From Amphiscolops sp. MND2022 (lineage: Eukaryota), in contig OZ076419.1 in the NCBI GenBank assembly GCA_964187785.1, forward strand, positions 44,640,001 through 44,704,000: 64,000 nucleotides of DNA, in the 5' to 3' direction. Of the stretch, positions 1-10,872 are shown in pieces; within the stretch, counting starts at the first letter, position 1; each line of letters starts with the position of its first letter. Position numbers and translations under genes: made by a program. Under the pieces are notes generated by a model that worked only from the letters and a program-made list of their open reading frames with translations, did not search any database and had not been told where the DNA came from.

Positions 1-50
1 TACAAATCAGTCAACTATTAGGCTGTTCAGGATTAGGTTAACCCATAATG

Positions 51-2653
51 TCATGCTGTCTTCAATACCTGTTTCGCTTCCTCTTCGCGGTAACGAAGGT
101 CAATGCATCTGTGCACTCGCATTAGAGCCTGAGTGACAATGCAACGCTCTGCTGCTTTAAGGAGAAGAATTGCCAACATTTCCATGAGGTTTTTAAATTT
201 AAAACGGTCTGGCAAGGCATCCTCCTCTGCAATTGCCTTGCAAATTTCGTCAGAATGGCCCTCTGCTAGGAAGTTGGTACCAATGGCAACTGTATCCGAT
301 CGCGTCAAGACAAAATGCAGAAATTGTGCAGGCATTGCAAAAATGTCTCCTGGTCGCAAAGTGACTCTCAGACATCCTCCTTCGAGGTGACGCTGGCATG
401 CAAAGAACGAGTGGCTAAACGAAAAACCTCGATTTCAACAAGCCATTGTAAATATTAATAACGTGGTGCGTTTCAAGCTTCTATATAGATAAAATTTGTT
501 TGTTTTGTGCATTACAGTGCATTGACAAACTTAATTTTTACAGACACATGTTTGTGCGTGTAACCACTTACAACTGAAATAACTGAAACACTAGAATAAA
601 GTATTCATTGAAAGTGAAATGGGAGGTTCTAAATACATCTGCTTATTCAAAAAATTGACGTGTACACATGCAGGGGGCTTCAAGGGTAAGTTATTTTGTC
701 TTCGATTTTTTGTGTTTTCTGTGTAAAAAAATTTTTGACCGTTTTTGTCGTACGTCATAGAGAAACAACTGAACATCATTAACATTAGAACTTTTTAGTT
801 TAAAAATCATTAATTTGTTCGATTTTTTGTGAGAAAAGGAAAAAAAACAACTCACGTTTCATCGGTTTGTTGTTGGAACCAGTCGTCAAAAAGTTTCAGG
901 TTCTTCTCTGTGGGGGCGATCAGAAAGAAAATTTTTTCGCCTGTCAAGACGGTATATAGAACCGAGGTGGCACTAAAATCTTGGTGCCAAAAAGTTTGGC
1001 ATCCATCCTGTGATAGCAACAGATAATAGCTGGTCCCACTGGCAAAAGGTTCTGTTCGTGACATGTTAATACTTGCATCAAGAAAATGGGCCATTGAAGT
1101 TCGTTTGACAATGTCCGGAACCTTGTACAGTTTCTGGAAAAATAAAATGAGGTTCCTCAAGATGAAAAAGTAACATTAGTGGTACTTCTAAATGTGTAAT
1201 TTGATGTATTGTTTCTTTTGTTTACCTTCGGTTTCATTTGAATATCGATAACATTGAGGGGGTAGTATTCACTCAAACGATCGTCCTTCAGAAGATCTGA
1301 CTTCACCTCTGTATAATTCAGGTTTCGTGTCTAAAATAAATACACGTGGAATTTATACGAACTGTAAAAAGCAACCTGAAAAAATATGTGAATTCAAATC
1401 TTTCTTCAGGTTGCTCTTCACAGTTCGCAAAACACTTACCATATAAACTAGTAGATTTTGCAAAGTGTTTAGTAAGTGTTTTGCGAACTGTGAAGAGCAA
1501 CTTGAAGAAAGATTACGATACTTTAGCCGCATCGAACTAGCAAGATCTTGTTAGATCAATAATTAGCAATTAACAACGCGTTATTTATTCAAATACTCAT
1601 TACTTTTCGATACTCATGAGAAAAATTCTAAATTTGATACAAAAGATTTGCCAGTCACATTTGGTGAAATATTACTTACCTGACCAATCTTTGCTGATTT
1701 GACGTTGATTTCAAGATCCTTGTCCAGCAGATTTTCCTCTGTTAAAAGCATTTCGACAAATTGCTTGAACTCAGATGAATCTGTGTTGGATTGGTGCTGT
1801 GGGTTTGATAGACGAGGCAGTTTGAGTCCGTCACAGTGATTGGTTCCATCGCGCCAAACAATTGGGACACTGTGTCTAATGAGGGCATTGAATTTGGTAA
1901 CATGGTTGCTGACATTTCCATGCCACATGGCAACAGGGAAGTTGCTCTCCAATTGTACGTTGGTGCAAAAGTCGAAAAATGCGGTTGTTCCAAAAACATC
2001 AGGGGGCATGTCTGTGTATTGGGTTGACAAACAATACGAATCGGCTGATGGAGAAAGACGTGAGGAGGAACTCGGCGAATCAAAAGCAGTGTCCACTTTA
2101 CTCTTGCATTGAGGGTGCTTTAGAAGATGTGTCTTCAAATCATAGGAAAACACATAGCTTTTCCCGCAGCCATAGCAGATGTTGGGACTTCGTTTTACGC
2201 CTCTCGCTGCCTCTGTAACATGGAAAGTTTTTAATCAAAATATAGTACAGTTTTTCGACGTGGAATTTGATATTATAGAGATGACACAAATAACTTATTT
2301 TGAAGATAGTTATTGTCTTTTATTTCAGTTTTTTGCAGTATAGTTTTGTATTTCATGGTTCATGGAGATGATATATAGAGGTACTCACTATAGTTGTACA
2401 TTGTGATAGGAATTCCAGCACGTTTGCGAGCAGACTGTCGTTGGCAGTATGCTGTCGCCCAGTGACTTTTCAACAGTTTCTTGCCCATTAATAATTGCCC
2501 ACACCGTGGGCACGTTCGTTCCTGCAATTTCCACTCTTCAAGTGGCATGCGGTGGCATGCACTTGACTGGTGACGTTTTATATTTGAGCTTTTATTGGAT
2601 TTGTAGTCACATCGGCCTTGACCACATGCAATCATTTCTTGTCTGCAGCTCAT
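51..2653 (-). CDS. C2H2/C2HC zinc-finger + JmjC (KDM2/KDM7-like) protein, copy 1; 3' exon(s) probably outside the window
   Basis: Exons 2653-2389, 2212-1680, 1306-1226, 1133-856, 414-69 join in frame through GT..AG introns; the 1306 acceptor needs the distal AG of CAGAG. JmjC motifs YLLLSQDGCQTFWHQDFSATSVLY..GEKIFFLIAPTEKNL and PGDIFAMPAQFLHFVLTRSDTVAIGTNFL. Fingers CGQGRC..H, CPRC..H, CYGC..H..H. Confidence 0.8.
1397..1514. repeat. 43-bp inverted repeat (1 mismatch, 32-bp spacer) in a JmjC-gene intron; also at 24453-24570
   Basis: 1397-1439 is the reverse complement of 1472-1514. Confidence 0.9.
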
Positions 2654-2702
2654 GACAACTAAAAAGGATCATTGTTAGCGTTACCTTTTCAAAAATGATC
2701 AT

Positions 2703-3163
2703 GATAAGGTCATAGGGACCTCTTCGTCAAAATTATGTGGTCACATGGACCTTGTAAAAAATATGCGGTCATAGGGACCGTGGCAAAATTATGTGGTCAT
2801 AGGGACCTCTTGTAAAAATTATGTGGTCATAGGGACCTTGGCAAAAATAATGTGGTCATAGGGACCTCTTCGTCAAAATTATGCGGTCATAGGGACCTTG
2901 TCGTCAAATTATGTGGTCATAGGGACCTTGGCAAAGTCATGTGGTCATAGGGACCTCTTCGGCAAAACTACGTGGTCATAAGGACCTTGTCGTCAAATTA
3001 TGTGGTCATGGGGACCGTGGCAAAAATAATGTGGTCATAGGGACCTCTTCGGCAAAACTACGTGGTCATAAGGACCTTGTCAACAAATTAGGCAGTATAC
3101 AAAAATAGTTCAGTGATGGTCATTGCGACCTTGTCAAATTTATGTGGTCATAGGGACCTTGTT
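2703..3163. repeat. Minisatellite of ~27-30-bp units with core ATGTGGTCATAGGGACC (~15 units); also ~25759-26219
   Basis: Read directly; short variable tails such as tcttcgtcaaaatt and ttggcaaaaata. Confidence 0.9.
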
Positions 3164-6100
3164 ACAATGATATACAAAAGAGTTTCGTTTTCTATTTTCC
3201 TGATTTCCCTCTTCTTCGTTAATCCTCGTCTTCATTGTCTGTCTCTTAACCGCATTCTTGTATTTCCGCATGGCTGTGTGATATGTGATCAAATTAGCAG
3301 AGGCAATAGTTGGATGTGATGATTGGCGCTGTAACTGGGGGGCAACTGATTGGTATCGTATCTTCCTGAAGCTGGACTTGGCGGACATATCTACTTGGAT
3401 GATATACTCTTTTGGATCCACTAGTGACTTTTTTTCTGAACATTTGAAGATAAATTCTGCGTTGATGTAGATCCAATTTCCAAGTGTTGTATGATAGAAC
3501 GCCTTGGTCGATGATATATCTTTGATCACTTGGTTGCAGGTGAAGGAATCAATGGATCGACGATTAGGTAATACACAGTAATGATGGCTCAAAAAACTCA
3601 GCTTACTTCTGTTGACAAAGTCGGTATTATTGAGAACAGTGCCACCATTTTCTGTGATTGTTTTTTCGATACTGGCCTGAGTTTGCCTTATGTTACCATA
3701 TGTCCCGAGAACAATAAAAGTCATACATCTAAAAATTTCGGCGGTTCTATGGAAGTCAAGAACGGGCTCTATGATAGGTTCGCGGCAAATTTCGAGATAC
3801 GATTTAACATCATCTTCATTTGAAAGTCGATATCGACGAAGTAAATCGGCCTTTGAGGAGCAGAAGTCAACAGCACGCAGGAAGGAGAACTGAATGTCGA
3901 GGAAATTTGAGGACATGTTCCATGCGTCATTTCCTCCATCTCTCATAGTCTTTGAGTTATAATCCTTGCTGGCAGTATGGTGACTTTTTTCAGTGCCTTC
4001 TGTCATGTAATGAAATGGGGACAAGATCTCACCTTTTTCGTAAATTCTGAGCAGCATATCGATTTTCAGTTTGTATGGTGTTAGACCGCGATCTCCAAAC
4101 AAACACAATGTGCACTGATAATATGTTTCATAAAGGTTTTTGCACTTCTGGAGGTCAGTGATCTCTCGTTGCCGAAGCAATTCAAGTAGTTGAAATAAAG
4201 ATTGAAATTGGAGATCAGCTAACTTTCTGACTGAGATTCCAATACCTTTTGTGAACTGTGTTTCCAATCCGCCAACTAGTGATATGAGAACATTGTAGGG
4301 CGTGTTTGGTTGTGTTTGGTCTGATTTATATACATGTGGAGTTTGAAAAGAAAAAACTCCTTCGAAGAGTGGATTATCAACCCGCCCAAAGTCTCTGGTC
4401 CTTGTACAGTCAGAAATAATGACCTCCGCATCTCCAAAGCTCAAAGACACAGCTTTACAGAGCTTGTCGACTATTTCGAATTTGAATCTTGGGGGCTTGA
4501 CATTCCGTTCTGTTATATTACACTCAAGTCTTCCTATTGCTGTGTGATCTTTTGATGATACCAGTGAATCAACGTGTAGTTTGAGATCATTTTCAACTGA
4601 GCGAACAATCATATGAAGGACATCTGGACATGTATTAAACGTGGACTTCAGGAAAAGAAGAGACTCGCTGGGAAGTTGCTCAGAGATATCGAATTTCAAT
4701 TCTGTTCGTCGGCCGGTGGCACAATCTATTGTAGATGGGAGAATCACACCCTTCGATTCAAGGTCTTTCGTATAGGTACTGTCTTTTTTCGCCTTCTGTC
4801 TGGAACCTGTAGTGTTGGAAACAGCTATTGGATCAGGCAAATAAAGGCACATTTTGGAGTGACATGATGCATCACTGCTGACTCCCTTCAACATTCGTAA
4901 CTGGAACGGCGAATCGCCCGAACAACTCAGAAAAGCCCCCTCATCATGCAGGGCTTTTGTCTCGTTGTACAACCATCCGTGTCTACCAAGCGTCTCTGAC
5001 ATAGTGAGGTTGTATTCCAAATTGATTCGCACATCCTTGCCCTATTCAAAATACATTGCATAAGCATGGGTAAGAACATACAAACATAATAAAATTTAAT
5101 ACAGTAACAAAATTTAAAAATTACTCAAGAAGGTTCGTAAAACATTTCCTTTGTATTAGAAGATTGCTCAAGCCAGTTTGTAAAACATTTTATTTGTGAT
5201 AGAAGATTGCATAGAAGATTGCTCAAGACAGTTCGTAAAAAATTTTCTTTGTTTTAGACGAGTGCTCAAAACAGTTCGCAAAGAATGATCTTTTATTTAA
5301 AGACTGCTCAAGACAGTTCGTGAAAACACAATCCTTCTATAAAAGAATACTCCAACTATTTCGTGAAAACGTAACTTACATCAAACACTGCGAATGTGAA
5401 GACATGTGTTGAAGACTGTTCAGATTCTATTCCACTATCTAGGATACGGAACGCCATTCTAACGACATCGCGGTTTCCTCGAGACATTGCATCTCCGTTT
5501 ATATCAACTCTCACACCTGAAAGGGTGGTCTTTTTATAGAGATTGCACGCAACAAACTTTACGAATTTGACAAGATTGACTCGGAAACCAGTTGGGGTTC
5601 GCGATGGATTGAGTTTTGATCGGAAATCTTTATGCAATCTCGAGTTGACAGTCTCCAGTTCAAGTCTCGATGGGAGGATTGATGCTTTCATAAATGGACA
5701 TTTAGTGAGCTGACGTAGTTTGACTATAAGATCTTTGGGTTTGCTCAAACTAAGAAGACATTGGATGGAAATTTGGATGTCTTCTCTGTCATTGCCAAAT
5801 AAATTAATTAGTAACAAATGTAAAAGCATGTTAACAATAGGATTTTTTCGTTTTGACACTGTTTTCTGGTTAACCAAAAATTCATTCAAGGTCGTGCTGA
5901 ATTTTTCAAGAACTTCTGCGGAATCTGAAAGCAGCTTGAAGCAATTGGTCCAAAACTCTCCAGTATTCTCGAAAGTGTCCGGACCTAATACATGTTTCAG
6001 TTGTCGATACGATACATTTGTAATATTGTTGGGTAACAACTTTGGATCAAGAATTGACGAAGCATGTTGGAGTGAGTGATTTGTAGTCGTATCATTAGTT

Positions 6101-6856
6101 TGGAAGGTGGGTGAACTCAATGTATTTGTTGCAGAAGGTTTGAAACTGATCTGGTTCATCGGTCGGGTAACGTGAAGCTGGGGTGACTCCCTAATTGATG
6201 AGGTATCAATTGTCGAAAAAGAGGTACAATTTTGATTTGAAGGTATAGGAAAAGAAGGATAAAACTGTCGTAAAAAGGTTTCTCTTTCAGTCGTCCAAGG
6301 TAACAGCGATGGAGGGGCTGATATCATTAACATGTCAAAAATGTCTTCTCGTAAAAGTGCACATCTTTCTATTTTAACACCATGGGGTTTGTACTCGTCC
6401 TCAATGTTTACACTTGTACCTGTAACAAAATACACAACGTCAATGATAAAATTCAATATATTCAAAAGCAAATAACCAAAACAAAAAGCTTAGAAACCAT
6501 GGATCATCAATATCAATATACTGAAGATGTCTAATGATTCATTACGATACATGAGCCGCAAAAGTGAATTTTTATCATCAAGTGTAGTATGTTTTCAGTG
6601 TAAAATAGTCTCCAACCGTATTTTAGTCAAGGAGTGTAACGTGTATCAGCTATTTTATTGCGTATTTCAGTCGATGTAAGTTACCTGCATATTGTTTGAT
6701 AAGAAATGTTCTGATTTTTCGTCGATCATTTGCGTTCAAACATCCATTCTTTTCCAGTGGGAAAATCGCCGGGAATAGATCGTTCAAGAACAAAAGCTTC
6801 ACGTACTTCGTGTCGTCAGAAACGACCATAGGTTTTTGGAGTTGACTTGGTGACAT
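3140..6856 (-). CDS. RAG1/Transib-type DDE transposase with C-terminal BRCT domain (~1037 aa), copy 1, intact
   Basis: Exons 6856-6685, 6419-5380, 5041-3140 join in frame (3114 nt). Putative catalytic D in VRVDINGDAM, D in CSGDSPF, E in MTEGTEKSHH (cf. RAG1 SEGNES). PDVLHMIVR and LTPY motifs present. BRCT-like FIVLGTYG..IEKTITENGGTV..HYCVL..WIYINAEFIFKCSEKKSLVDPKEY. Confidence 0.75.
6540..6672 (+). repeat. 133-bp copy of the element terminus (CATTACGATACATGAGCCGC...), inside transposase intron 1; also 29592-29724
   Basis: Exact reverse complement of 21258-21390. Confidence 0.9.
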
Positions 6857-7350
6857 TTCAAACTAAAACAAAAGGGGAATGTCAGCTAAATTAAAGGGAG
6901 ATCACTGATGTCATTTTCGAAGTTTTCTTTTTTCTTTATGATTCGAAGTTTTCGTTTTCGAAGTATTCATTTTATGATAAGATGATGTATACATAAAACA
7001 TAATTCATAGTAATATAGATAGTATAATCATATTATATAACATTGAAATATATATAAAATCATAGTTCTAAGAGTTTGAAAAGTTTGCAGACTTTGGTGG
7101 TTGAGAGGGTTACAGAGGTTGAAGGCAGAAGGGTAATGTTCAAATAATAAATCGGCCAAAATAAAAGAAAGGTCACTGACATAATAAGAAGAAGGACCTG
7201 GTGTCGGTTTCGAAATGAATATATGATGGTGTGTACATAAAACATGATTCATAGTAATATAGATAGTATATATCATAGTAAATATCATAGAAATATACAT
7301 AATATCATAGTTCAATGAGTTTTAAGAAAAGTTTGCAGAGGTAAGAAGCA

Positions 7351-10340
7351 TTACGATACAGAAGTTGAAGGCTGGGAGGTTGTTACAGAGGCAGGCACAG
7401 AGGCCGAATTTTGGGTTGTCACAGAGGTTGTGGGCTGGGAGGTTGTTACAGAGACAGGCAGAGAGGTCGAAGGTTGGGAGGGTCCCACAGAGGGTGCAGG
7501 TCTATGAAGGAGTGGCTGTTGAAATTCTGTTCGACATTTTGGATCGTTATAATCAAAGCAAAGTTCCTCGAGTGCATCGATTCGCCGTTTAGCAATGAAA
7601 AGAATGACATCTTTTCCGTTAAGAACCAATCTCCGTGCTCTCACGTTACACTGGGCATGATTGGATGGTCTATAATTAAGTAGACGCCCAAAGGTTCTTC
7701 GTCCGGGATGGCAATCACATGTTTCTAAGGTGGCATCAAAAACTATGTCCCCACAGTCCAGAATGTACTGTGTGTTCTCGCGTCTAGAGAGGACTCTCTG
7801 GGATATGATAACATCAGTGTGATAATCACATAAGATTTCTGATTCGTTGACCTTAGTCGTTGTGATAACTCCTCTTCCAAAAGTGCCGTTGGTGAAAGCG
7901 ATCCGCTCTTGGACTTGAAGGAAGGGCCAATCTTGGTCAGCAAGGAATTGAGAAACCTTTGAAATGTTACAAACTGTTAAAGTGGATTTACAGAAAAACA
8001 TGCCCATGCCTCTGTGTGGAAGTGCTTCACTGGGGTCTTCTACGGGTGTGTTACGCGTTGACCTTCTGGTTTCACTGGTTGATGCAGGCTTCCAAGAGGC
8101 TGAGACTTTGTCAACAATTCGTGCAACATCGTGCCACCCGCGGTTGCGTGTAAACTTTGCAATGTCGTCTTTAGATGGCTGGGTTGAACCAGTAAAAAAG
8201 TTCAATGCTTTCTCTACACGGAGATTGACGAGTTTGTACCTCATATGGTCGTTAATCTTTTCACCAAGTGTTTTGGCTGATTTCGCATCCATTTTTGTGT
8301 TTCGAATGATTGTTTTACTGCATTCTACGGGTGTCAGAACGACGGAATCTACACTGGTTGGCATTTCGAAGAACTTCTTAACCTGAAATTGTGTAAAATG
8401 AGCAAATAAAAAAGAAATTGCTATCTACGGGTCACAAAAATTATGGTAAAGTTGCCAAATTTGCCAACCAGTGCCCTTGACATCGTAAAAATTGCTCTCG
8501 ACAGGTCGAAAAAAGCCCTATATTAATCCTTTTGACATATCGTAGAAATATTACTTACAGCATTGATGGTGGGAGATATGTTCCCTGTATTTGAATAGAA
8601 GATTTGCCTCTTTGAGTTCGGTGACATTTGCATCATATCGTTGTGAGATAAACGTTTTCTTTTCGAGTGTTGAGGTTCGACATTTTCGTCGTTTTCTGGT
8701 GAAATTGCATTGGCGGGGGAAATGAGGACTTCTTCAGTGGCGAGCAACGGTCGGGAGGAGATCGAAGCACCTAGTTTATCAATGGGAGCATTAGTTGATC
8801 GTCTTTTGGGTTTTGTGTGCGCGGCAGACATTTTAGTGTTGAAATTTTCACAGACTCGTGCGACATTGATCTGCTTGTTTCCATTCGAATTGTAAAAGAA
8901 AAGTTGGGTCATTTCTTGGACATTGGGGTCTGATATAACGGTGACTGGGAAACTTTCTTTTGTAAGCAATTTGAAACTATTGGTCCACTTTGGTCGGATA
9001 TGTTTGAAATAAAAAAGAAGTACTTTATATTCAAACTTATTAAATTTCAGAGCAGTCCGATACTTGTACTTGTTGCCATCGGAGACACTGACGTATTTGA
9101 AACTGTTACCGTGGTCGACCATGTTCACGAAATCATATACAGTGAACCGCTTCAAAAGTCGGGATGGGTAGCTATTGATGTAACACCACATTATTACGAT
9201 ACACTGGAAGATTAGGAGGCAGTCTTCTTTATGAGGTGTTGTCTCAAAATTGGTCACAAAATCAATATGGGAGCGACTGTCTGACCAATTCTGCATCATC
9301 GCTTCCCGCTCGTTGTCATGTGGAGTACCCATGTCAACATGTGGCGGAAAATGTTGCGTGGGTTGAGGAAAGAACGGACTGACTTCCATTGGGACTGGGT
9401 GATTGCCGGGGTTACAGTTACTCGTAACAGGTCCCTGTCTTGATGGAGGGAAAAGCATAGTTCTGATAGGTGGTTCTGATGGTATGGCGCGGTTCACATG
9501 ATTGTTCTGGTTTGTTCGTACCGGGGTGGAGGCTACAGACGGTTGAAACAATACAATTTGTTCCCCATTTACATCAGGAGGTGGGGTCTGTGCTGGTGCT
9601 GTACTTTGGCTTTGCAGGGTGGGTTGAGAATATTGAGTCACGAAATGTCCTGAAAAAAATCAATCGTCAATTTTGTACCGAAAATGATGATTCTCCTCAC
9701 ATGGTCAGACTTCATTACGATACATGAGTCGCAAAAGTGAATTTTTATCATCAAGTGTAATATGTTTTCATTGTGAAATAGTTCGTTTCACCAAAAGTTT
9801 CACCAAAATATTTCACCAAAAGTTTCTTTGTTTTCATAAAAATTTGCCAAGAAAGGTGTGAACTTCTTTCAAAAAAGTTAGGATGAAAATACAACATGGG
9901 TGTTTAGAAAAACATTCACCTGATTGTTGAGAAGCTCTTTGGGGGTATGACTGCTGGTGATGGTGATCAGCAGCGGAGGATACTGAACTCGAAGAGGCAA
10001 ATTCATATGGATCGAACGCAGACAGAACATGATATGTTTGGCAATTTCTAGCATGTTGCATATGATTCGTCGAAGAGGAGACATCATGATCATCATGATT
10101 ATCATGATCGTCATGATGTTGCTGATGCGCCTTCAGTTGTTGATTTATAATATTTTGGAGTTGAATGTGATTCGAATTAGACGAAGAATCAGAGGTTGAC
10201 ATTGTGAAAGACATATCATTGGTGGGAGCAGAAGTAGATGACGCAAATGCAGAGTTCGTCATTTGAAAGGTTGATGGTGGCAAAGTTTGCTGGGGGTGAG
10301 TGAGTTGTTGAAGGTGATGATTTGGAGCAGTGTTTGACAA
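7351..10340 (-). CDS. Q/H-rich + degenerate tyrosine-recombinase-like + SETD8/PR-Set7-like SET domain + S/T-rich tail (up to ~847 aa; start unresolved), copy 1
   Basis: Exons 10340-9920, 9649-8559, 8382-7351 join in frame (phase 1, phase 0). SET motifs FGRGVITT, CDYH, FDAT, GRLLNY, EELCFDY. YR-like segment IMWCYINSYPSRLLKRFTVYDF..VSVSD..EYKVLLFYFKHIRP..FFYN. Confidence 0.75.
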
Positions 10341-10548
10341 TGTAAAAGATGTTTGAATATATACACAAGGATTGAATTTCGCGTTGAGTCAAGCAGAGTT
10401 TGGAAATTCAGAAAATCTGATTTGAAAACGAGCAACAATTGAAAATGAGCAGCAAGCAAACTAACAAGAGGTTGGTAATTAGGATTGTTTATAAGTAAGT
10501 TGAGATGGCTAATTTGGTTCAAGTGAAAAAATGGGAATTGAATAATTA

Positions 10549-10625
10549 GGACTCAGAACAATAACAGACTCAAATCAAGCTGAAAAGTTTTCACCTTGAT
10601 TTGAGTCTGTTATTATTCGGAGTCC
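10549..10625. promoter_or_regulatory. Long hairpin-forming inverted repeat in the head-to-head intergenic region (candidate bidirectional promoter); also ~33602-33678
   Basis: 31-bp arms GGACTCAGAACAATAACAGACTCAAATCAAG and its complement, 2 mismatches; a third partial copy at ~10660-10697. The promoter role is inference. Confidence 0.45.
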
Positions 10626-10872
10626 GAATGAATACTAGTAAGTTGCTAATACTTATTAGGACTCAAAATGTTAGCAGTCTCAAATCAAGCTGAAAATGAG
10701 AATTTGTTCCCAAGTTCAATAGATTATTTGTTCTCACCGATGCAACATTGGCGAAAGTGTTAAGCCTCAAATCGAGTAATAAAATTTTCGCCACTAATGA
10801 AGCATTCAAAGAACCTATAAAAAATCAAATATACAATCTATTCCAGTTGTCAACAAGTTTTCAAGTTGAATA

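Noticed and set aside
852-1187. JmjC exon starting at the AG at 1188 or at the ORF-track start 1160
   Set aside because: The 1187 start hits an in-frame TAA; the pyrimidine-rich acceptor giving 1133 is in phase and matches KDM2 spacing.
2703-3163. CRISPR array
   Set aside because: The variable parts are only ~10-13 bp and resemble each other; the context is eukaryotic with no cas genes.
6985-7390. Extra SET-gene exon linking it to the transposase as one polyprotein
   Set aside because: The region is a diverged ~245-bp local duplication; only a weak donor (TCT|GTATCG) could make the join, so it is unsupported without RNA data.
8559-9649. Active tyrosine recombinase as the mobilising enzyme
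   Set aside because: Catalytic Arg, HxxR and Tyr motifs are not seen.
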